Shown one piece after another: positions 1-9,819 of a stretch of DNA of 64,000 bases. Positions within the stretch are counted from its first letter, which is position 1, and each line of letters starts with the position of its first letter. This DNA comes from Nitrospirales bacterium. Lineage in GTDB: Bacteria; Nitrospirota; Nitrospiria; Nitrospirales; UBA8639. Under the pieces are notes generated by a model. That model worked only from the letters and a program-made list of their open reading frames with translations. It searched no databases and was not told the origin of the DNA. The DNA is taken from contig OY820905.2 of assembly GCA_963555755.3 (NCBI GenBank), positions 3,968,001 through 4,032,000 on the forward strand, read 5' to 3'. The translations under genes and the position numbers were made by a program.

Positions 1-1053
1 CGAGCCCCGAAACCCGATGCCATGAAACAAGGTGATTATGACCGGACGATTGCCGCTCGCACGTTTGATGTCACCCGGTATCTTCTTCCCTTGGCGGCGA
101 AAACGAATGTGGGACAAGTCGTCAGTATTCGGACTTTGGAAAAGCAAATCACACGGCTGCTCTCTGCGCAGCTTCCGGAGCTCAAGGCGCTGGGTGAAGA
201 ATTGAAGGCGGCATGTGCTAAGCCTCCCTCGGATGTCTGGGCGACCTTGTGTGGCAATGACAAGAGTGGCAATGAACCGTTGGCGCCGACCTTAGCGCGC
301 TATGTGGACTCGAATGCGTATCAGACCGAGGTGTATCGAGATCTTCAACGCCATGCCAAGAAGGTCTTGAGAAAGGCGGAGCTGGATGCTCCAGCGGCAT
401 GGGCTCATCGAAATGAACCGGTTGATTTACTCGAGCCACATCATCTGCAGGATGAGTTGGTGACGACCTTACTCTATCGGGTGAGCCAAGCCCCGTACCG
501 CAGTATCTTAGAAGTGGTTCGTGAATGGTCGGAGCAGGAAAAGGAAGAGACGATTCAAGTCGCCTGCCGGTCTCGAGGCCCGTACGATGAGTTGATTAAA
601 GAGTTTCGATGCGGGTATCCCTTGATCTTTGATGTGCTCATGGACATTGGAGGATGGCGAGATATGCACCGCCATCGTCGGTGCCAGCAGGTGCCACAGA
701 ACTTCACGACGGTACATGGGTATGATACGCCAAAGCCGTTGGTCGATGCCGGGTTGGATCGTGATTATCGATTGGCCATGGATGCCGTGAAGCAAGATAT
801 TGAACGGTTGCGTGGGATGGATCAGGAGTCGTCGATTTATGCGATTCCCTTTGGGTTCAAGGTGCGATGCCTCTTTAAAATGGACTATGCCGAGGCGGAG
901 TACATTTCGCAGCTCAGGTCGGGAGTCAAAGGTCATTGGTCGTATCGAACCATTGCCTGGTTGATGAAGCAAAAGATAACTGAACAATACCCGTACTTGG
1001 GTGAGCTGATTCAGGCGACGCCTCCTGATGTTGAAGATACATTAAAACGATGA
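1..1053 (+). CDS. thyX: FAD-dependent thymidylate synthase (ThyX/Thy1-like), 5'-truncated by the window edge
   Basis: DIGGWRDMHRHR motif (RHRxxx ThyX-like signature) and a C-terminal LRSGxxGHxSYR; the frame is open to the window start. Confidence 0.75.
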   Translation, partial: RAPKPDAMKQGDYDRTIAARTFDVTRYLLPLAAKTNVGQVVSIRTLEKQITRLLSAQLPELKALGEELKAACAKPPSDVWATLCGNDKSGNEPLAPTLARYVDSNAYQTEVYRDLQRHAKKVLRKAELDAPAAWAHRNEPVDLLEPHHLQDELVTTLLYRVSQAPYRSILEVVREWSEQEKEETIQVACRSRGPYDELIKEFRCGYPLIFDVLMDIGGWRDMHRHRRCQQVPQNFTTVHGYDTPKPLVDAGLDRDYRLAMDAVKQDIERLRGMDQESSIYAIPFGFKVRCLFKMDYAEAEYISQLRSGVKGHWSYRTIAWLMKQKITEQYPYLGELIQATPPDVEDTLKR

Positions 1054-1054
1054 T

Positions 1055-1176
1055 GGGGCTGTTGAAAAAGCCCGCCAGCTGCGTTCTCGGCCTGTTGTCG
1101 TGCTCACGTACTTCGTGTACGCTCCGCGCGCCAACAGGCCTGCGGCCTTGCTGGACGGATCTTTTTGAACAGCCCC
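1055..1176 (+). repeat. MITE family A copy
   Basis: Terminal IR ggggctgttgaa / ttgaacagcccc, 5-bp TSD ATGAT overlapping the thyX stop; homologous to 22852-23041. Confidence 0.85.
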
Positions 1177-1398
1177 ATGATGTGGGCTGTTGGCCCCAAA
1201 AATCTAGACGAACTATAATTACTCAGATCCAGAGTTCATGTGTTCTACGGTTCACGGTTTAGGGTTGGGAAAGATAAAAATTGAATTGTTTGAAGATGAT
1301 AATGATGCGTGGCAAAGAGCCAATGAGGAACGTAAAGGAGCCAACCGTGAACTGTGAACCTGACAACCTGAGTCGTGACAACGAAACAAGAGCGAAAC

Positions 1399-2424
1399 AT
1401 GTCTGACGGAAACGCAGTCGAACAAGCTATTATCCAAGGTGATTGGGACCGAGCGGTGGAAACGGCGACTCAATGGTCGGAGTCAGAATCCGCAGGGGCA
1501 CCGGCGTTTTTTGTGCTCAACGCCATGCATCTACTAAGAGGGGAGTTCGCGCTTGCCTGGCAAATGCATGCCAAGTCGCTCCAGGAAGAGGAGGACATTA
1601 ATCAGGTGCGAGCCTGGGTCGATCGCATCTTGGAGGCGTATCCCAATGAGGGGTATCTTCACTTAATACGCGGGTTGTTCCTTGCCCAATCCGGACAATC
1701 AGAGCAGTCACTGGACAGTTATCAAGAAGCCGTGCGCCTGGCCCCTGAGTCACCCTTTCCTCATTTTTTCCTGGCCCAAATTTATCAACGGATGAGGAAG
1801 ACGGATCAAGCGATCAAGGCCTATCGGCAAGCTGTGAAGTTGGATCCGAATTATATCGTGGCTCGATTAAACTTAGGGGTGGCGTATCAGGAGCATGGCC
1901 AGTTGGAGATGGCCATTCCGCAATATCGGGAAATCATTAAACTACGACCCGAGGATACCCTGGGGCATAGTAACTTGGCCTGTGCCCTCGCTGAGCAAGG
2001 GAAAATTGATGCGGCCATTAAAGAATATAAAGTCGCGCTGGAACTCAATGCCGAGGATGCGGAACTCCGGTTTGCGCTGGCTGGGGTATATGAACAAAAA
2101 GGGCGCCAGGATATGGCGCTGCGTGAGTATAAGGAAGCCGTGCGGATCAACCCGAACTTTGCCCCGGCTGCGACCGCGGTTGGATGGATGATAGTCGAAC
2201 AAGGCAAAGTGGATGAGGCGCTGGATTATTTTAGTAAAGCCATCAAAGCCGACCCGAACGATGCACATGCGACGTTTGGGGTGGGGCGTGTGTATGACTT
2301 GAAGCGCATGCCTGCACTTGCCGGCGATCATTATGAACGGGCCTTTCAATTAGAAAAAGATCCCGCGAAGAAAACCGCCATTTTGAATTTTATTGATAAG
2401 ATCGTAGGGGGGTATCACGATTAG
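1399..2424 (+). CDS. Tetratricopeptide repeat protein
   Basis: About 7 consecutive TPR motifs (e.g. AIKAYRQAVKLDPNYIVARLNLG). Confidence 0.9.
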   Translation: MSDGNAVEQAIIQGDWDRAVETATQWSESESAGAPAFFVLNAMHLLRGEFALAWQMHAKSLQEEEDINQVRAWVDRILEAYPNEGYLHLIRGLFLAQSGQSEQSLDSYQEAVRLAPESPFPHFFLAQIYQRMRKTDQAIKAYRQAVKLDPNYIVARLNLGVAYQEHGQLEMAIPQYREIIKLRPEDTLGHSNLACALAEQGKIDAAIKEYKVALELNAEDAELRFALAGVYEQKGRQDMALREYKEAVRINPNFAPAATAVGWMIVEQGKVDEALDYFSKAIKADPNDAHATFGVGRVYDLKRMPALAGDHYERAFQLEKDPAKKTAILNFIDKIVGGYHD

Positions 2425-2589
2425 GACGTGATGCATAAAGCGTTATGCGTGCCTGCGCGCTGTAGCGCTTCGGCGCGCAAGCGTGAAGCGTAACAAAAAG
2501 AAAGTTTTTGATGAGTAATCGGTGAGGAGGGAAAAGTAGAAAAAGTTTTTTACGCTTCACGCATGACGAATCACGCTTCACGAAGTTCT

Positions 2590-2859
2590 TTACAGTTCCA
2601 AAATCGACTGCCGAAGCATGGAAATTTGTTTCGGAGGGGGGCCGAGTTTGCCAAGTTCGGCTTTGATTTGGTCTTTCAGGTAGGATGAATACCCGACTCG
2701 ATCTAGGAAAAATTCGAGAAATTTATCGCCCAAGATGGCGCTTTGCTTTTTGAGCTCCGCGACATCCTCATCGCTGACTGGCACATACGTGCTGCCAATG
2801 TGCAACAGGACCTTATAATAATCCTCGTCTCCCCGCCGCTCGAATCGTAACCCGTCCAT
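2590..2859 (-). CDS. Hypothetical protein (89 aa)
   Basis: ATG start with an aaggggc SD-like sequence and a natural amino-acid composition. Confidence 0.7.
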   Translation of the reverse strand: MDGLRFERRGDEDYYKVLLHIGSTYVPVSDEDVAELKKQSAILGDKFLEFFLDRVGYSSYLKDQIKAELGKLGPPPKQISMLRQSILEL

Positions 2860-3044
2860 GTTTGCCCCTTAATTTTTCTGAACAATTTTCCTAGCGGTCC
2901 GCATTGTATGCAAACCTATGTTCGGAAGACAAGGGATGGAGTGGTGGGACTGGTAAGCTGGGCAGGCCCCACACTATAAAAACTTGTCATTCCCGACATC
3001 CTTCATCGGGAATCCAGGTTATTTTTTCTTCAAAAATATTTAAT

Positions 3045-3262
3045 GCGGGGTTTCGTCCCCACGGGACGAGTCCCTTTTGTTTCGGCAAAAGTGCCCAAAA
3101 CAATTTTAGCCCGTGCGCGGCCCCTCCGACACTGCTCAGAGCAGTTTCTCCGGGGTCCCTCCGCCTCCGCCCCGAATAAGATGGCTCAGGAACTCGCTTT
3201 GCTCAAACAGCCTTCGCCAAAGAAGCCGATTCGGGGCTCCAGCTCCGCCGCGCCCAACGCAG
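3045..3262 (+). repeat. MITE/repeat family B copy
   Basis: Contains the hairpin cttttgtttcggcaaaag and gggtccctccgcctccgccc, shared with 30927-31190 and 34011-34933; boundaries approximate. Confidence 0.8.
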
Positions 3263-3985
3263 TGAGTTCCAAAGGCTGGTACGACAAATGAAAAAAGGGT
3301 GATGTGGGGTTGCGGATTTGATCGTTGGATACGTTAAAATGTAACACTTCTCTTAGGGGAACTGTTACATTTTTTGAAAAAGCCAATAACCATGCGGGTT
3401 TGAAACGCCCATTTTCATGATTTGAAAAAGGCGAAAATGTAACAGATTACGGCATTTTGTTACATGGTACTCCCAATAAGGGTACTTGGGCAGTGAGCAG
3501 TCACTTGGCGGCGGCCCGGTGATGCAATTCTTTAGGCGTCATCGCAGAGCTTTCGGTTAGCCGTCCGCTTACGACCCAAAGCGGACGTTCGGAAAAGACG
3601 GCGAATGGGTGCAGTTGACCGACCTGGATCGGTCTTCCTACCACGAATGACGGCGACCTGAAGAGTTCAACACCGGGGAAATAGAAAGATGATCGTGATT
3701 TCAAGAATGTGCATAGTTCTTGGCTTGCTTATTGTGATCGGCACGTTTGTTAGTGCCCGAGACCAAGACGAAACGCTACCCGAGCGGACAACGTTCATGT
3801 TTCCTCTTCAGATGGAAGGACTCGCCAAGGGCCTAGAGGAGTCCGGCGTTCATATCGTCTATGGACCGAACTCCATCCCGGCTCCCGAAGGGATAAGCGA
3901 GGCGGCTAAGAAAGTTTGGGTGAACCTACCCCTTGGATCTTTATTGGCCCCGTGAAGCATTGTCAGAAACTGAGGCAAGATCGAT

Positions 3986-5104
3986 ATGGCACTAATCCGG
4001 AGCGAAGCAGCTACGATAGTCGGATATTTGACGCTGCTTTGCGTCACGCTTCTTGGCGGCTTACTGACACCGGAAAGTGTTGGCTGGCAGATTTCGGCGG
4101 CGGTGTTCGCAGGTCTCTTCTTTGTGATGCTCTGGCTGGCGTTTGCTGTCGTGCGGCACGCGGAAGGCCTTGCAACACTCCTGGGTGAGCCCTACGGCAC
4201 CTTGATCTTGACCCTGTCGGTCATTGGCATCGAGGTGGCCCTGATCGCCTCCATCATGATTACTGGTTCCAACAAGCCAACGCTGGCGCGCGATACGATG
4301 TTTTCGGTCATCATGATCGTACTTAACGGTCTCGTTGGGCTCAGCCTTCTGACCGGCGGGCTGCGGCATCGTTTTCAGAATTATAATCTGGAAGGCGCGA
4401 CTGCTTATCTTGCCGTCCTCATCCCGCTCGCTGTTCTCTCCCTGATTTTGCCGCGCTTTTCGCCCGCGGCCCCCGGCGGGGAGCTGTCGCAGCTGAATGC
4501 GGCGTTCCTAATTGGAATGTCGATCATTCTCTACGGCGTGTTTCTGGGTGTTCAGACCGTCACCCACAGCGACATCTTCCAACAACCTGCACCCGGCGCC
4601 TCCGATATCCAGGAAGCGTCGCAGGATCATCATGGTTCTGGTGTTCAGACGGTACAGCACCACTGCATTGGGCTCCTCGCGGCTATGCTGCCGATTGTTT
4701 TATTGTCGAAGAATTTTGCTGTTTATGTCGATTTCGGGATTGAAAGGCTGGGTGCGCCGCTTGCTTTGGGAGGATTCTTGATTGCCGCGCTGATCTTGAC
4801 CCCAGAGGGCCTCAGCGCCATCCAGGCCGCACGGAAAAATCAGCTACAGCGCGCTGTCAATATCTGCCTTGGTTCGTCTCTGTCCACCATTGGATTGACG
4901 GTTCCAGCCATTCTCACAATCTCTTGGGTGATGAGCAAGCCGGTTGAGCTTGGGCTGAACAGCTCAGATATCGTCATCTTGTCGGTGACCCTTGTCGTCA
5001 GCATCGTGACGTTCGTAAGTGCTCGCACCAACGTACTCTTTGGCGTTGTTCACCTGGCGCTGTTTGCGGCCTATGTGATGATGATCTTCGACGCGTCCGT
5101 CTAG
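3986..5104 (+). CDS. chaA: Ca2+/H+ antiporter (ChaA/CaCA family)
   Basis: GEPYGTLILTLSVIGIEV, LARDTMFS and PEGLSAI..N..LGS motifs; multipass hydrophobic protein. Confidence 0.9.
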   Translation: MALIRSEAATIVGYLTLLCVTLLGGLLTPESVGWQISAAVFAGLFFVMLWLAFAVVRHAEGLATLLGEPYGTLILTLSVIGIEVALIASIMITGSNKPTLARDTMFSVIMIVLNGLVGLSLLTGGLRHRFQNYNLEGATAYLAVLIPLAVLSLILPRFSPAAPGGELSQLNAAFLIGMSIILYGVFLGVQTVTHSDIFQQPAPGASDIQEASQDHHGSGVQTVQHHCIGLLAAMLPIVLLSKNFAVYVDFGIERLGAPLALGGFLIAALILTPEGLSAIQAARKNQLQRAVNICLGSSLSTIGLTVPAILTISWVMSKPVELGLNSSDIVILSVTLVVSIVTFVSARTNVLFGVVHLALFAAYVMMIFDASV

Positions 5105-5321
5105 GGCATCGTATCTCTTGTCACAGTCGGGCTGTTCGAGACATCATGATTGACTCAAGTCATACTCCGGTTAGCGGTTCTCTATGATGGGGGAACGAAG
5201 GGGAAGGATTGGTGTGAATAAGATATTGCTATGCCATGAGCCAAAAAGATTAATCCTACATTCCGCACTTGAAAACGTGCATTTAGCCTGGACTCCACCA
5301 GTGGTGTCCAGCGCCTAGCTC

Positions 5322-5621
5322 TTACCGCCGGGTCCACGGAGCGGTCTCAAGCGCCTCCTTGCTCACTGTCGCCAGCCTCGCCTGCAGTTTCTTGAAGTTC
5401 TTAATCCGTCGTACGCACTCCCTGGCTTCCTCTTGCGTGAGCGTTACCGTGGTCTTCTTTTCGTCGATGCGGCCTGTCCAGCGATAATAGGGCCCGTGTC
5501 GGTGGGCCGGGTCGTCCCGACACTTGCACGTCTGTTTGCCGCATCGCGCCCTTGCGGTCGACACACTCCCGGGCAGAACGGGTCCGGGCGATCTGAGGTG
5601 GATCATCTTTACGCTTGACAT
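5322..5621 (-). CDS. DUF6788-like small Cys/His protein inside IS1634
   Basis: GSV...RCGKxxCKC..HGPYY motif typical of small IS accessory proteins; the start codon is uncertain. Confidence 0.7.
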   Translation of the reverse strand: MSSVKMIHLRSPGPVLPGSVSTARARCGKQTCKCRDDPAHRHGPYYRWTGRIDEKKTTVTLTQEEARECVRRIKNFKKLQARLATVSKEALETAPWTRR

Positions 5622-5653
5622 CTTAATGCTATTATGCATTAAGATAGGGCGTG

Positions 5654-7300
5654 ATGCAAGCCAAAGATTTGCAGCATCGGAAGGTACGGATCGCGACCCT
5701 CCCACTCATCAATCGCTGTTTCGCGACGCTCGGGGTGCGCCAACGCCTGGAGGACATTCTTCGTTCGGCGCGGTACGCTACGGCGATTGAGCTCCTCATC
5801 AAAAGCATGCTGATCGAACCGGCAGCGCTCTACCGCGTCCCAGCCTGGGCCCAGCAGTTCGACCCGATTGAGCGAGGAGCCGCGCCGCTCACCGATGATG
5901 GGCTGGGACGGGCCCTCGACAGGTTATTCCAGGCTGATCGCGCAACGTTGCAGACCACCCTCACGCTGGCGGCCATTGACCGGTTCGCGATTGATGTCTC
6001 CCAGATCCATAGTGATTCCACCTCCGTCAAGTTCTCGGGGGCGTACGCGGCGCAATCGCGCAAAGGGGTCCACCTCACGCGGGGCCACAGCAAGGATCAT
6101 CGTCCCGATCTGAAACAGCTCCTCTACAACTTGTCGATGGCTCGCGATGGAGCCGTGCCGATTCACTTCAAGACCCATGCGGGCCATCAGACCGACGACA
6201 CCCTGCATATCGAGAATTGGCTGACGTTGCGCCGCTTGGTGGGCGGGGCCGGGTTCCTCTACGTCGCCGACTCCAAATTATGCACGACCGCGAACATGCG
6301 GCGCATCGACCAGGAACACGGTCGATTTGTCACCATCGTGCCCCGGATCCGGGCCGAAACCCACGTGTTTGCCACCGATTGCTACGAGGCGACCGTCCGC
6401 TGGGACCCGCTCCTACGCCAGCGCTCGACTCGAAGGCGGGGGATGTATGACGTGTTTTCGGTCGCGAGCGAGGCGTATCAGCTGGCGGAGGGGTTTCGAC
6501 TCTATTGGTATCGCTCCTCCGAGAAGAGAAAGCGCGATGCCAGCAGCCGCAAGGACCGGCTGGAGATCGCTCGGCACAAACTCGCGGCGCTCAACGAGAA
6601 GAAAGCGCGTGGGCGCCGAACCGAGCGCTCGTTACTTAAGCAGGCCCACCAGATCATCGCGAGGTATCAGGTGGCTCCGTGGCTCACGGCGACCGTGAGC
6701 CACCGCGTGGAGGAAACCTTCACACAGACCGCCCGCGGCAAACCCTCGCCCGCGTCGACCTACCATCGCACCGTCAAACACATTCCGCAGCTCATGATCC
6801 AGCAAGACCCGGAACAGCTCGCTCGGGCCAAGGCCATCGATGGGATCTTTCCGCTGGTCACGAATACCTCCCTCTCCGCCAAAGCGGTCCTCGAGGCGTA
6901 CAAGTATCAGCCCCATATCGAGAAGCGCTTCAGCGGCCTCAAGTCCGACTTCCAGGTGGCGCCGGTGTTCCTCAAGAACAACGAACGCATCGAGGCCCTC
7001 ATGCTCGTGGTCTACCTCGCCGATCTCGTGGCCGCCCTCATTCAGCGCGATCTCAGACATGCGATGGAGAAGAGCGGTATTCGAACCCTGCGAACCCTCC
7101 CCGAGGAACGACCCACCTCGACCCCGACCTGGGAACAAGTCCAGCGACTCTTTGCCCAGCACTGCAGGTACGAGATTCTTCGTGACGGCAAGGTGGTGAG
7201 GACCTTTTGGGATGAGTTGTCCGAGCCACAGCACCAAGTGCTGCAACTCCTCAAAATCCCTCAACCGCAGTTTGGCGCAAAAAAAAGAGGCGATACATGA
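5654..7300 (+). CDS. IS1634-family DDE transposase
   Basis: HSDSTS, GHSKDHRPDLKQ, VADSKL and YKYQPHIEKRFSGLK motifs. Confidence 0.92.
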   Translation: MQAKDLQHRKVRIATLPLINRCFATLGVRQRLEDILRSARYATAIELLIKSMLIEPAALYRVPAWAQQFDPIERGAAPLTDDGLGRALDRLFQADRATLQTTLTLAAIDRFAIDVSQIHSDSTSVKFSGAYAAQSRKGVHLTRGHSKDHRPDLKQLLYNLSMARDGAVPIHFKTHAGHQTDDTLHIENWLTLRRLVGGAGFLYVADSKLCTTANMRRIDQEHGRFVTIVPRIRAETHVFATDCYEATVRWDPLLRQRSTRRRGMYDVFSVASEAYQLAEGFRLYWYRSSEKRKRDASSRKDRLEIARHKLAALNEKKARGRRTERSLLKQAHQIIARYQVAPWLTATVSHRVEETFTQTARGKPSPASTYHRTVKHIPQLMIQQDPEQLARAKAIDGIFPLVTNTSLSAKAVLEAYKYQPHIEKRFSGLKSDFQVAPVFLKNNERIEALMLVVYLADLVAALIQRDLRHAMEKSGIRTLRTLPEERPTSTPTWEQVQRLFAQHCRYEILRDGKVVRTFWDELSEPQHQVLQLLKIPQPQFGAKKRGDT

Positions 7301-7555
7301 GGGGCAGAAAAATACACGTTTTCAAGTGCGGAATGTAGGATTAATGTGAGTCTATTCAAATAGGCGGCATTATCCTGATCCGCATAAGATGCCAAAATAA
7401 CTGGACTCGTGGACGTAACCAGTTGAAAAGACAACGATTCTGGCGTATTGTTCAAAAGGCTCGATGCGTGTTATCCGGATAGAAACTCGAAGACCCGTCC
7501 TCTTACACGGATCCATCTAAACATTGTTATGCGCATTCCGTCACGGAGATCTGCT

Positions 7556-7837
7556 ATGTACGACGCAATCTACAAATCGGAAGACGTCGATCCTGAATTC
7601 CAACCTATTTTCGAGCAGCTTTGTACGGAGTTCGCTTCGAAATACCAGATTTGGAGACGTGTGGAGGATTTCGGTCGATGGCTCAGTGCCGGAGTCTTAA
7701 ATCCGTCGACGCGGGTTGCTGCCACAATCGCCCTGCGGAAAGAAACTCGAAGGCGAACCACGCTCTTGAGCCCGACAGAGATTCAAAGAATTCGCGAGCA
7801 TCTTACATCGGACGCAAGAGAAGATCTCACGCTGTAG
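7556..7837 (+). CDS. Hypothetical protein, possible gene cassette
   Basis: ATG after ggag; lies between gttatgc (about 7525) and gttagac (7887) core-like sites. Confidence 0.4.
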   Translation: MYDAIYKSEDVDPEFQPIFEQLCTEFASKYQIWRRVEDFGRWLSAGVLNPSTRVAATIALRKETRRRTTLLSPTEIQRIREHLTSDAREDLTL

Positions 7838-7923
7838 ATGAATGTACGGCGCAAGCTGACTCAGCACCTGCAGCGCTAAGGCGTACGTTAGACGACTAAC
7901 AAGACTTTGAACGAAAGCCTAGA

Positions 7924-8274
7924 ATGGAATCTCTTTCCTGGATGTCGGTGCTTTTCTACTGTCTATTTGGCACCTTCGTTTACTACCAACAACTACACGT
8001 AAGAGATTTTCAAGGAGCCAGCAAAGCGTTTGAGCTGATCCTTTCGCTGTCCGTGTTTGCAGGACTGATCACAGGTGTAGTGTACTTGATCTACTATGGT
8101 TGGACAGTAGTGTGGTGGGCGCCGATCGTGATTTTTGTAATAGGAATATTGTTCACCTTTATAGGCGTTGTTATCGAGCAGTTGTTAGGGAAGTTCACTC
8201 TGAGCCTTTTGGGGTTCATTGGGTGGCCAGTGTGTGCCTATTTCATGTTTCATTATGTCCCTGAAGTCGCCTAA
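7924..8274 (+). CDS. Gene-cassette membrane protein (4 TM)
   Basis: Preceded by GTTAGAC; the stop lies within the GCCTAAC of the following attC. Confidence 0.8.
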   Translation: MESLSWMSVLFYCLFGTFVYYQQLHVRDFQGASKAFELILSLSVFAGLITGVVYLIYYGWTVVWWAPIVIFVIGILFTFIGVVIEQLLGKFTLSLLGFIGWPVCAYFMFHYVPEVA

Positions 8275-8328
8275 CCCTGCGCTTCAGCGGACGCTGCTAT
8301 AACGGCGCCGCTGAGCTTTGCGTTAGGC
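8269..8328 (+). other. attC site
   Basis: GCCTAAC-cctgc-gcttcagc ... gctgagc-tttgc-GTTAGGC, 60 bp. Confidence 0.9.
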
Positions 8329-8343
8329 AGCCCAAGAGGTGCT

Positions 8344-9114
8344 ATGAGCATCGCACTCGAGGAACAGAAGCTGTTCGACGAGTGGTCCGTAGGCCGACAC
8401 GACTTCGTGAGAGACGGCGTCGTGGACCCAGGCGCCTTCGGGTCGTCAGCGCCTCGGATCCTGTTTGTTCTCAAGGAAGTGAATGACCCTGGTGGCGGTG
8501 GGTGGGATCTGCGGGAATTCCTTCGCGAGGGTGCGCGCTCCCAAACCTGGAACGTGGGCACGTGGTGGGTTCGATCGATCCGGGCACTCCCTGGGCAGAT
8601 TCCCTGGAGTTCGCTCGACGAGATCTCCGAGGACGACCGCGTCAAAGAGCTGCGGTCGATCGCTGCGATGAACCTAAAGAAGTCGCCCGGCGGGCACACG
8701 TCTGATTCAGCTGAGATCGAAGACGCGAGCCGTCGAGACGCCGAGCTCATCCGGCGTCAATTCGAACTGTACGAACCCGACCTTGCAATCTGCTGCGGCA
8801 GCGCCGTCTCGGATGGACTTGAACGCGCGCGCTATGCAGGTGCCCAGCCAGACTGGAAAGCGACGACGCGTGGCGTGTGGTTCTATCAGCACGCACCTGG
8901 CGCTCGCGTGATCTCGTTCTCTCATCCAGAGGCTCGGGTGGCTCAGAACATCTTGCACTACTCACTCGTCGACGCAGTTCAGGAGATCTGCGGGGCCGCC
9001 TACCAACCGTTGCAGTGGACCAACAACAGCTCGGTTCAATTGGACTTGGTTGCCGTCTGGCGGCATACTGTGTCGAACGGGTCGGGTCCGGTCAGTGCTG
9101 TTGCTGACCGCTAA
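8344..9114 (+). CDS. Gene-cassette protein with uracil-DNA-glycosylase-like motifs; reads through its attC
   Basis: ILFVLKE, MNLKK, PDLAICCG and FSHP motifs; the natural end should be near 9003. Confidence 0.6.
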   Translation: MSIALEEQKLFDEWSVGRHDFVRDGVVDPGAFGSSAPRILFVLKEVNDPGGGGWDLREFLREGARSQTWNVGTWWVRSIRALPGQIPWSSLDEISEDDRVKELRSIAAMNLKKSPGGHTSDSAEIEDASRRDAELIRRQFELYEPDLAICCGSAVSDGLERARYAGAQPDWKATTRGVWFYQHAPGARVISFSHPEARVAQNILHYSLVDAVQEICGAAYQPLQWTNNSSVQLDLVAVWRHTVSNGSGPVSAVADR

Positions 9115-9131
9115 ACGCCGATCCGTTAGCC
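8998..9131 (+). other. attC site with a damaged R'' box
   Basis: GCCTAC (one A missing)-caacc-gttgcagt ... gctaaac-GTTAGCC. Confidence 0.75.
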
Positions 9132-9240
9132 CCCCGGTGCTATCGAAACATCCGCAGTTAGGCTGAAGCGCCGGGGCCGTGGCGGGGGCAATGCCCTGAG
9201 GCTAAGACGATTGCGGTGAAGCTTCTCCGCAGGAGGACTA

Positions 9241-9753
9241 ATGCGGATACCAGGGGCGCTTCTGTTCGGCTTACTTCTTGTTACTATTGCAACTGGATGC
9301 GGGTCGGTAGAACATAGCAGGGCAGTCAAACGGGGAGACGCCCCATGGTATGTGGTCACGATTACTTCCCCTGATACAGAGATTCAAGAAGGAGAGATGA
9401 GAATCTATAAACTCCTTCGACAGGCTGGCTCACCAGAAGGACAGAAGGAGGGATTGACGGCTGACAAACGGTGGGGAGAGGGAAATGGAGAAATTGAGCG
9501 CACGGACCACGGAACGATCATGACCCATGCCCAAATCAGCTGGGACCAATCTGACCCGAAGACGTGCATATTTCAAGTGAGCGTAGTCTATCTAGATGAA
9601 AAGGAACAGTTCATGTTCTCGTTTGAGAGCAAGAAGTCCGATCCATGTGAGAAAGCGGAGTTTGAGAGTCCCTACTTTAGCGGGCGTATCCAGACTGAAG
9701 ATCGCGAGTGGAGGACCATAAACTTTCAGTTCCGCCGGTGGGGAGGTGGCTAA
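9241..9753 (+). CDS. Gene-cassette lipoprotein, unknown function
   Basis: aggagg SD, signal peptide with IATGC lipobox, stop inside GGCTAAC. Confidence 0.8.
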   Translation: MRIPGALLFGLLLVTIATGCGSVEHSRAVKRGDAPWYVVTITSPDTEIQEGEMRIYKLLRQAGSPEGQKEGLTADKRWGEGNGEIERTDHGTIMTHAQISWDQSDPKTCIFQVSVVYLDEKEQFMFSFESKKSDPCEKAEFESPYFSGRIQTEDREWRTINFQFRRWGGG

Positions 9754-9812
9754 CAAGTCGCTCCAGCCGACCGGCCCCTGCGGCCCGCAGCGGCTGAGCT
9801 CTATCGTTAGGT
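9748..9812 (+). other. attC site
   Basis: GGCTAAC-aagtc-gctccagc ... gctgagc-GTTAGGT; the R'' box is complementary to the upstream GTTAGCC. Confidence 0.9.
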
Positions 9813-9819
9813 GGCAAAA

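Larger units (their letters stand above)
5255..7339 (+). mobile_element. IS1634-family insertion sequence
   Basis: 25-bp perfect TIR cctacattccgcacttgaaaacgtg, 6-bp TSD ATTAAT on both sides. Confidence 0.92.

Noticed and set aside
1050..1262. ORFs over MITEs (also 3043-3291, 16661-16855, 22775-23155, 30482-31258, 39506-39757, 52817-53029)
   Set aside because: They are translations of palindromic repeats and have no protein-family motifs
2550..2583. Heptamer tandem repeats (cgcttca-like; also ccttcag-like at 25330-25430) as CRISPR
   Set aside because: Short degenerate tandem units without spacers; no cas genes or CRISPR array were seen in the window
3689..3955. 88-aa ORF with a signal-like N-terminus
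   Set aside because: No recognisable family; probably a fragment, and too weak to call
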